A stretch of DNA of 57,776 nucleotides from a virus. Positions 1-5,879 of this stretch are shown piece by piece. Made by a program: the position numbers and the translations under genes. The first letter of the stretch is position 1. Each line of letters starts with the position of its first letter. The notes under the pieces are model-generated. The model was not told the DNA's origin and did no database searches. It saw nothing but the letters and a program-made list of their open reading frames with translations. The stretch is from the IMG/VR virus record IMGVR_UViG_3300045988_022519, positions 1-57,776 of that record. One strand, 5' to 3'.

Positions 1-99
1 AAATATAACTGCCGAACAAATAACATAATAAATATATGCGGTTTCCATGATTTATCCTTTCTATTCATTATGTTCAATGTTTTGATCGCGAAAAAAAAT
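1..99. repeat. Terminal direct repeat, left copy (identical to 57678-57776)
   Basis: First 99 nt (aaatataactgccgaac...gatcgcgaaaaaaaat) recur exactly as the last 99 nt; fits a circular contig overlap or short terminal redundancy. Confidence 0.95.
64..91 (-). promoter_or_regulatory. Conserved 28-nt promoter-like motif (duplicate of 57741-57768 created by the terminal overlap)
   Basis: Minus strand reads TCGCGATCAAAACATTGAACATAATGAA; matches consensus TCGCGAT-AAAA-CAT-N-GC-N-TATAATGAAA. Confidence 0.6.
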
Positions 100-136
100 A
101 AACCCAATGTGCAATCTCCGTGGTGCTACAATTGGG
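91..136 (-). terminator. Intrinsic terminator-like hairpin plus U-run
   Basis: Minus strand CCCAAT...ATTGGG stem (103-108/131-136, with extra inner pairs) followed by TTTATTTTTTTT. Confidence 0.65.
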
Positions 137-235
137 CTAAAAAGTGTGCCGGGGTTCGAACCCGGAATCAGACGACCTATTACTAGGTCTTGACTTACAA
201 TTTCCTTTGTGTGATTATGTCTGCTTAACACATGC
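99..235 (-). ncRNA. Candidate small non-coding RNA between a promoter-like motif and a terminator
   Basis: No ORF in 49-313. Promoter motif 238-265 upstream and terminator 91-136 downstream. Contains a 6-bp hairpin with GUAA tetraloop (174-189) and a tRNA T-arm-like hairpin CCGGG-UUCGAAC-CCCGG (149-165). Confidence 0.3.
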
Positions 236-237
236 TT

Positions 238-265
238 TTCATTATAGGCTATGATTATAATGCGA
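238..265 (-). promoter_or_regulatory. Conserved 28-nt promoter-like motif
   Basis: Minus strand TCGCATTATAATCATAGCCTATAATGAA; lies directly after terminator 268-304 and is not followed by an ORF. Confidence 0.55.
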
Positions 266-267
266 GG

Positions 268-304
268 AAAAATAAAGGATCCATGTATTTAACACGAGTC
301 CTTT
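268..304 (-). terminator. Hairpin terminator
   Basis: Minus strand AAAGGACUCGUG-loop-CAUGGAUCCUUU followed by AUUUUU; near-identical to 1079-1115. Confidence 0.65.
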
Positions 305-313
305 ATTAGTTAA

Positions 314-547
314 TCAGATGTTAAGGTATTTCTTGATTAGATGTTTGACATATGGTACGAATATCGAGTGTCGAATATGTACGTGAATATTGCGAATAAC
401 TCCGTCTCTTGCTGATCCTAAATTGTCAATCCTAGTAATAGTATATGAATGTCGGCTCAGCAACTGACAGAGAGCACCCAATTCTTCACGAACATTGATG
501 TTCTCAACTTCGATAAAATCGTATCCAGTATCAAGTTTGCAATCCAT
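314..547 (-). CDS. Hypothetical protein (77 aa)
   Basis: ORF with AAAAGGAG RBS and ATG, own promoter motif and terminator; no family recognised. Confidence 0.6.
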   Translation of the reverse strand: MDCKLDTGYDFIEVENINVREELGALCQLLSRHSYTITRIDNLGSARDGVIRNIHVHIRHSIFVPYVKHLIKKYLNI

Positions 548-567
548 GATAACTCCTTTTAGTTCCT

Positions 568-595
568 TTCATTAAAGGCTATGATTTTATCGCGA
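568..595 (-). promoter_or_regulatory. Conserved 28-nt promoter-like motif
   Basis: Minus strand TTCGCGATAAAATCATAGCCTTTAATGAA, upstream of the 314-547 RBS. Confidence 0.6.
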
Positions 596-600
596 ACGAA

Positions 601-637
601 AAAAATAAAGAGCTCATGATTTTGTCACGAGCTCTTT
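601..637 (-). terminator. Hairpin terminator
   Basis: Minus strand AAAGAGCUCGUG-loop-CAUGAGCUCUUU (about 12 bp) followed by AUUUUUUU. Confidence 0.75.
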
Positions 638-652
638 ATTTGGTTAAAATGA

Positions 653-1024
653 TTACTTCATTTCAAGTCTCATTTCTACTTTATGACCAAAGCCATCAAG
701 CATCACTACGTTGAGATCTTCGATCTCGAATTTGGCTGTTCCACCATATATAGCCATTGCTTTGTTGTATTGGTCAATAATCTTATTCCAATGTTCAGTG
801 ATAAATCGTTTATATTCTTCATTATTCATATAATCAATAATATTTGGGTGATCTTTATCGAATTCTGAATTCCAAGAATCGATTTGTTCATTGAAACGAT
901 CGGCCATCCAATTATAACCAATTACGTAAGCATGGGCCACTAGGTCCCAACCGATTCGATTTTGCGGTATAATCTCTCCGGTTTTGATGTCAGTGATGAC
1001 AATGTTTGCATAAATGTCGTTCAT
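653..1024 (-). CDS. Hypothetical protein (123 aa)
   Basis: ORF with AAAAGGAG RBS, flanked by promoter motif 1049-1076 and terminator 601-637. Confidence 0.65.
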   Translation of the reverse strand: MNDIYANIVITDIKTGEIIPQNRIGWDLVAHAYVIGYNWMADRFNEQIDSWNSEFDKDHPNIIDYMNNEEYKRFITEHWNKIIDQYNKAMAIYGGTAKFEIEDLNVVMLDGFGHKVEMRLEMK

Positions 1025-1048
1025 GATAACTCCTTTTAAAGTTTTCCT

Positions 1049-1076
1049 TTCATTATATGCGATGTTTCGATCGCGA
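1049..1076 (-). promoter_or_regulatory. Conserved 28-nt promoter-like motif
   Basis: Minus strand TCGCGATCGAAACATCGCATATAATGAA. Confidence 0.6.
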
Positions 1077-1078
1077 GG

Positions 1079-1115
1079 AAAAATAAAGGACCCATGTATT
1101 TAACACGAGTCCTTT
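1079..1115 (-). terminator. Hairpin terminator
   Basis: Minus strand AAAGGACUCGUG-UUAAAUA-CAUGGGUCCUUU followed by AUUUUU; ends the long late operon after the holin. Confidence 0.75.
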
Positions 1116-1123
1116 AACAAATT

Positions 1124-1393
1124 TTACTTATTATTCAGATTCTTCTGGTACTTGTTTGCACTGACCCCCAGAATAACACCAAGGAACACATCAAATGCAG
1201 CCACGGTAGCCGCAATCGGAACCGTAGCATCCCAATTCCAAATGGAACCAAGAGCCAGAATAAGAGTATTCAGAGCCGGCAGAATATACTGAACGATCCA
1301 CTTCAGGATATCATAGCCCTTGTCGGTCATACCGAAGAGTCCACGAATATCCGGAGTCTCATCCTTATCGTTCTCGAAATCGTTATCAGTCAT
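1124..1393 (-). CDS. Holin (Dp-1 / LL-H-like)
   Basis: 89 aa. ILKWIVQYILPALNTLILALGSIWNWDATVPIAATVAAFDVFLGVILGVS resembles Gram-positive phage holin families; two hydrophobic segments. Confidence 0.65.
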   Translation of the reverse strand: MTDNDFENDKDETPDIRGLFGMTDKGYDILKWIVQYILPALNTLILALGSIWNWDATVPIAATVAAFDVFLGVILGVSANKYQKNLNNK

Positions 1394-1743
1394 TGTTTTC
1401 CTTTCGTTTCGGGTTCGGTCAATGGGAGATTCTCAACTTCCCTCATGACCTTTCTCGCCATCCCATTGCCCCCAACACGTTCGTAGGGTTCATATAAGTA
1501 TTTAACAAAGTCTTCATATTCATCTTTGGTAACCCATCCTCGCTCGAGATATGCGTTACCGACAAATACGATTCTATCGTGGGCAAGCCCCTTCAGGAGA
1601 TCAACGAATGCGCTATTCGCATCGTTCTTGGCATTCTTACGATCGCGACGCGATTGCAGATATGCCCAGAATCCTGAAGAGGCCAGCACACTACCGACAA
1701 TGGTGATGGTGGTTATCATTAATTCATGATCCACCAAGTCCAT
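1390..1743 (-). CDS. N-terminally membrane-anchored protein next to the holin (possible lysis accessory)
   Basis: 117 aa with TM segment ITTITIVGSVLASSGFWAYL followed by a basic stretch; 4-nt overlap with the holin gene. Confidence 0.4.
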   Translation of the reverse strand: MDLVDHELMITTITIVGSVLASSGFWAYLQSRRDRKNAKNDANSAFVDLLKGLAHDRIVFVGNAYLERGWVTKDEYEDFVKYLYEPYERVGGNGMARKVMREVENLPLTEPETKGKQ

Positions 1744-1750
1744 TGTCCTC

Positions 1751-2203
1751 CTACGCCATGTCGTTGACGAGCTTGGTCAGAGTAGTCCGCATCTTTGCAC
1801 GAAGCTCAGGAGTCGCAGAGGACCAAATATCCTTCACACTCTTCTGATACGATTCGAACTTCTCTTCCGGAGACTTGTCATGTTCAGACTTGGCATCATG
1901 ACGCCACACATCGCGTTCGCGGTAATCGTCATCCATCATGCCACGAATATCATGACGAATATATGGACGGGCCATGCCCTCGGCAATTGTGCCATAATAC
2001 AGCGCCTGATGCCGGTAATTGATGGCCTCATCGATATCCTTGATCATGTCAATGATTTCACCCAGCTCGTGAATATCGCAGCCATAACCCACATTGCGGG
2101 TATACTCATCAGCGACCTCCATGAGACGGCACTTCATATCGCAAAGCGCCTTACATCCTTCGTGAGAGCACATTTCACTTCCCATTTTGACCTCCTCAAG
2201 CAA
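1751..2203 (-). CDS. Hypothetical Cys-containing protein (150 aa)
   Basis: ORF in the locally GC-richer cassette; start uncertain (MLEEVKMGSEM). Confidence 0.55.
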   Translation of the reverse strand: MLEEVKMGSEMCSHEGCKALCDMKCRLMEVADEYTRNVGYGCDIHELGEIIDMIKDIDEAINYRHQALYYGTIAEGMARPYIRHDIRGMMDDDYRERDVWRHDAKSEHDKSPEEKFESYQKSVKDIWSSATPELRAKMRTTLTKLVNDMA

Positions 2204-2603
2204 CTCGCTTGACCCAGAGACCGGAGCCAGCGGAAACAGTCACTGGATTCGTTCCGACATTGGTAATCGTAATGGTATCGTACTCTCCGCACGCATTACG
2301 GACGATCGTATCCGCATGGACGTTGTTCTCGACATTGGCTGCCGATGGAGTGGACACCATAAGGGTACCAGGAAGCGTGGAACCACCGATGGCAATTGCC
2401 AGCTGAACTGGAGTGGCTGCCGTTGCGGAGGAAACATTTCCTGTGAAATGAACCTCATAGATGCCGGGAACGCGCAGCTTTACGGCAGGCGTGGACTGGC
2501 GATGTCCTTCCGCCGAAGAGCAGGTGCGAAGTACAGTACTATCAAAGGTAATAGACTGCCCAGTGGTAAGGGTCTGGACCGTAAGATTTGACAGTGCAAT
2601 CAT
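2196..2603 (-). CDS. BclA C-terminal / C1q-TNF-like beta-sandwich domain protein
   Basis: 135 aa. Pattern ...VPGIYEVHFTGNV...VQLAIAIGGSTLPG...ITITNVG...SGLWVKRV resembles BclA-CTD-type small proteins of Firmicutes. Confidence 0.4.
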   Translation of the reverse strand: MIALSNLTVQTLTTGQSITFDSTVLRTCSSAEGHRQSTPAVKLRVPGIYEVHFTGNVSSATAATPVQLAIAIGGSTLPGTLMVSTPSAANVENNVHADTIVRNACGEYDTITITNVGTNPVTVSAGSGLWVKRVA

Positions 2604-2624
2604 AATATACCTCCTGAAGTGCTA

Positions 2625-3350
2625 TCAGATAGCGACGTTATTGTTGCAGCAACCGGTATACATGGATGCAAACGGATTTGCAACCTGGAATGCCGGAATC
2701 GGGCTCGGACGCAGCTGGGAGATCAGATATGCATTCTGCTGGCACTGGGATGCAGACAGATTCAGCTGATTGATCTCCTGGGCCTGATCGGCGATCTTGG
2801 ACTTGAGATCCTCCATACGATTCGCTACGATCTCGTCATGCAGCTGACGATAATTCGCGTTATCGTTCTGAATGATCTGCTGGGTCTGATTCTGGATCGC
2901 ATTCTGAATGGCGCAGGTATTCGTTGCCATATCATACTGGATCTGGGCCTGACCCTGCCGATTCTCGCAGCAGCACTGTGCGAGCTGCGTGGAAAGGGCA
3001 TTGGTGTTCTGCATGTTTGCGACCGTATCGGCATTGATAGCCTGCTGGGTTGCGTTGAAGCCCTGAAGCAGAGAGGTGTTCATGGCATAGAAGCCGTCGC
3101 ACATACCGCTGTTGATGCCGTTGAGCTTGTTCAGCATCGACTGGGTATCGAATCCTCGCTGGAGATCGCCGTTGGATGCCGGAGCTTCGCCGGCGCCATT
3201 GCGACCCCAGGCACCATTGCCCCAGCCACCGAAAATGGCGAAGAGAATGATGAGGACCCACCAACCGTTACCATTTCCGAATCCATCGTTGTTGCGATTT
3301 CCATCGGTAACCGCTGCAATGTCTGCAAGAGACGGAGTTGCATTCATCAT
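2625..3350 (-). CDS. Gly/Trp-rich membrane segment plus Gln/Asn/Cys-rich protein (241 aa), unknown function
   Basis: GNGNGWWVLIILFAIFGGWGNGAWG TM-like segment, then Q/N-rich region with CCC and CC clusters; AAGGAG RBS. Confidence 0.6.
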   Translation of the reverse strand: MMNATPSLADIAAVTDGNRNNDGFGNGNGWWVLIILFAIFGGWGNGAWGRNGAGEAPASNGDLQRGFDTQSMLNKLNGINSGMCDGFYAMNTSLLQGFNATQQAINADTVANMQNTNALSTQLAQCCCENRQGQAQIQYDMATNTCAIQNAIQNQTQQIIQNDNANYRQLHDEIVANRMEDLKSKIADQAQEINQLNLSASQCQQNAYLISQLRPSPIPAFQVANPFASMYTGCCNNNVAI

Positions 3351-3370
3351 AATATATACTCCTTAGGTTG

Positions 3371-3428
3371 TTCTGGTCTTTAAATATATGAGGCCCATAG
3401 AAAAGACCAGAAGAGTTCTATGGGCCTC
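3371..3428 (-). promoter_or_regulatory. 13-bp hairpin whose loop is complementary to a downstream 10-mer (pseudoknot or alternative fold)
   Basis: 3390-3402 pairs with 3416-3428 (13/13). Loop bases 3403-3412 are the exact reverse complement of 3371-3380, which abuts the RBS of 2625-3350. Confidence 0.4.
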
Positions 3429-3438
3429 AAATCCTATA

Positions 3439-3660
3439 TCACAATCCGAACATTCGCTTCAAAAACGGCGGTGCCGAATTGATGATCTGTTGCGGACTGA
3501 TGTTGTTCTGCTGACAGAACTGGTTTGCCAACTGCTGACCTGCATTTTTGTCTCCAGACTGCAAAGCCTGAATATACTGCTGGTTTTGTGCATTTGGCTG
3601 AACGTTATTCGTCTGCAGGAAGTTAAGAGCGTTCTGGATAGGATTAGCCATTTTAATCAC
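3439..3660 (-). CDS. Hypothetical Q/N-rich protein (73 aa)
   Basis: ORF with 4-nt overlap to the upstream gene. Confidence 0.5.
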   Translation of the reverse strand: MIKMANPIQNALNFLQTNNVQPNAQNQQYIQALQSGDKNAGQQLANQFCQQNNISPQQIINSAPPFLKRMFGL

Positions 3661-4100
3661 TTCCCAATTTGAGGAGTAGTAGCCTTGTCCATTAGAATAT
3701 CCTTGATTTCATCGAATTGCTTCTGCAGCCATTCCCTTGAATTGTCGGTAGTGGTCTGCGGTTGGGACTGCTGTTCAAGAACATAAACGCTGGTTGCGAT
3801 CTTTCCATCGGCAGTCCATGCCTTTCCGATTACTTTGGAATAATCCTTTAGAATAAACAGATGGACCTTGCCATCCATCGGAATATCATTTACCGAAATA
3901 TCATTCTCGGTGTCCACGATCTTTCCGGAGATATCAGACTTCACAAGAGCATCTGCTGAATTGCTGACAGTCTGAGGTTGCGGATTAAATGTCGGATACG
4001 TGGTCGGAGTCTGATATGGCGAATTTGGCTGCATCGGATAGTTTCCGTATTGGAATCCTCCGTACTGCGGCACATATGGATTCTGAATATAACCAGGCAT
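3657..4100 (-). CDS. Hypothetical protein with Pro/Tyr/Gln-rich N-terminus (147 aa)
   Basis: ORF packed between tail-associated genes. Confidence 0.55.
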   Translation of the reverse strand: MPGYIQNPYVPQYGGFQYGNYPMQPNSPYQTPTTYPTFNPQPQTVSNSADALVKSDISGKIVDTENDISVNDIPMDGKVHLFILKDYSKVIGKAWTADGKIATSVYVLEQQSQPQTTTDNSREWLQKQFDEIKDILMDKATTPQIGK

Positions 4101-4103
4101 GAT

Positions 4104-4511
4104 CTACTCCTTTTCAATCTTGATCCAAATATTTGGAGAATCGATCGGGTTATAATCAGGACGTGAAGTGTGTGAAATAAGACACTTGTATAGAACTGAT
4201 TCGTACGTAACTCGATCGTTTACTTTATACTCGACTGAATCCGAACTCCATTCAGGATATAGAACCGAATATTGGAGTGCGGTATTGTCGTCGAGCTTAC
4301 TTACCTGAGATGCTATGAATTTATCGATTGCCTCGGCCTTTGATAATTGAGATGTGACTTCCCATGATTGAATGATTTTACCATCGGTCTCAGTATATCG
4401 AGATACAGCCTTACAGTATTCTGGTACGGAAGGTTTGTCCGACTCGATAATAGGATAACCATCATCCGATAGGACGACCGTATTTTCCTGAGTAATTATA
4501 CCTGTTAGCAT
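4104..4511 (-). CDS. CBM5/12-like carbohydrate-binding domain protein
   Basis: C-terminus YPEWSSDSVEYKVNDRVTYESVLYKCLISHTSRPDYNPIDSPNIW fits the W..Y..GD.V.Y.G..Y.C...H.....W.P....LW chitin-binding-type motif. Confidence 0.55.
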   Translation of the reverse strand: MLTGIITQENTVVLSDDGYPIIESDKPSVPEYCKAVSRYTETDGKIIQSWEVTSQLSKAEAIDKFIASQVSKLDDNTALQYSVLYPEWSSDSVEYKVNDRVTYESVLYKCLISHTSRPDYNPIDSPNIWIKIEKE

Positions 4512-4522
4512 GAATACTCCTT

Positions 4523-5878
4523 TTAGATTTGAACCGGATATGTTATCGAACCATAATGAGTATCAGAAGAAAATGATGATCCGCGGTTTTGGAGTGAAAT
4601 ATTTCCATCTGAATGAACACCACCGATTACAGATGTAGATGCCGAACCGTTATCAGTAGATAAAGATGCATAGACATCGATCAATGGTCTATAACCTTCG
4701 CGGATCGCATTCTTGGCATAATTACTTGACCATGATGCGGGATTCGTCATTCGAGTATGGAATACAACGGTAACAAGAAATGGACTGTATATGATATCAA
4801 CGTTATCCTGTCCCAATGCCACGCGTTCCTTAAAACATCCACGATCATTACATTTAATCGTTCCTTTTAAATTCAAAGGATTTCCATAAATGGCAATTCC
4901 ATTCGAAGGAGCAGCTTGGCCAATTCCTATGCCTTTTCCATCTGCTGTTAAATCAAGTATGAATGAGGCTGGCCCAACACTTGATTCCATAGCAACTGTT
5001 GAATACTTATCAGTTACTTCGACTCGAGTTCCATATGATTTCGAAACATCATAACCACCATATATTTTAACAGTAGTTCCCTTTGTCCCGGAATTCGCAG
5101 CTGCATCATATTTATGCCAACCCTTGGAATCTTTATAGGAATATACCAATGACTTCAATGCATTCGTCGAATCGATTGATGTATCCAGTGACCAGATTGA
5201 CGTCATCTTGATATAACTTCCATCCGACTGATATGCGCCGGCGGAATCACATCGGTATACATCAAAACCAGAAATGGTTGGTGGTTTTGTAGAAAGCTTC
5301 CATACAGCATAATATGTGGCATTTGCATCCGAAACCCAGTATGATCCGCCAGGTCTATATGCGACGGATCCATTCTTGGTTGCAGACCATCCAAGGAATT
5401 CATAATTCGTTCGCTTAGGAATCGTGGATGGTATCGTTATCTGTTCACCATACCACTTGGTTATATTTCCGGGTTGACCACTTCCACCATTAGCATTGAA
5501 CGAAATTGTATGATGCGTTTTTGCATTAATCGTAAATGATCCGCTACATGTCGACGAACCGGCCGCATATCCCACAATATTGACATATCCAGAATAATTG
5601 ATGGTTCTAGCTTCATGCGTTTTTCTGATATAGTCTTTGTGGTATTCTACAATTGTGGCTTCGCCATTTACTGAAATATCACCACTCCAAGACTGTTCAT
5701 GACCACCACCGTCTACATAAGCACCACCGCCGCCTTTGATGCCGATGTAATACCAGCCATTTACAGCCTTGATATTTGTTACAACTTTTACATTTACAGC
5801 CTCATCATTTTCTGCAGTAATAAATGCGCCGGTATGAACCTGCCAATTGTGATTGATATTACCCCATATTTCAGCCAT
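4523..5878 (-). CDS. Receptor-binding-type tail protein with Listeria-Bacteroides repeat (Flg_new-like)
   Basis: HTISFNANGGSGQPGNITKWYGEQITIPSTIPKRTNYEFLGWSATKNGSVAYRPGGSYWVSDANATYYAVWK is the typical repeat; sits downstream of the fibre gene. Confidence 0.6.
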   Translation of the reverse strand: MAEIWGNINHNWQVHTGAFITAENDEAVNVKVVTNIKAVNGWYYIGIKGGGGAYVDGGGHEQSWSGDISVNGEATIVEYHKDYIRKTHEARTINYSGYVNIVGYAAGSSTCSGSFTINAKTHHTISFNANGGSGQPGNITKWYGEQITIPSTIPKRTNYEFLGWSATKNGSVAYRPGGSYWVSDANATYYAVWKLSTKPPTISGFDVYRCDSAGAYQSDGSYIKMTSIWSLDTSIDSTNALKSLVYSYKDSKGWHKYDAAANSGTKGTTVKIYGGYDVSKSYGTRVEVTDKYSTVAMESSVGPASFILDLTADGKGIGIGQAAPSNGIAIYGNPLNLKGTIKCNDRGCFKERVALGQDNVDIIYSPFLVTVVFHTRMTNPASWSSNYAKNAIREGYRPLIDVYASLSTDNGSASTSVIGGVHSDGNISLQNRGSSFSSDTHYGSITYPVQI

Positions 5879-5879
5879 A

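Noticed and set aside
149-165. attP core derived from the 3' end of a host tRNA (temperate lifestyle)
   Set aside because: No integrase, excisionase or repressor-like gene is recognisable anywhere in the complete genome, so an attachment-site interpretation has no support.
149-189. tRNA gene on the minus strand, suggested by a perfect T-arm-like CCGGG-UUCGAAC-CCCGG
   Set aside because: The neighbouring hairpin has a 4-nt GUAA loop (6-bp stem), not a 7-nt anticodon loop. The 7 nt after the T-stem (CACACUU) have no complementary 5' acceptor strand at the expected distance. No D-arm with GG is present, and the spacer to the T-arm is 8 nt. It is kept only as part of a candidate ncRNA.
2619-3383. 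254-aa plus-strand ORF, and similar long plus-strand ORFs at 7887-8615, 14628-15488, 20818-21537, 22824-24302 and 24704-25462
   Set aside because: All lie antisense to minus-strand genes with clear family signatures or repeats. They have low-complexity, Cys/Arg/Ile-rich translations, lack RBSs, and occur where composition or repeats suppress stop codons. They are treated as shadow ORFs.
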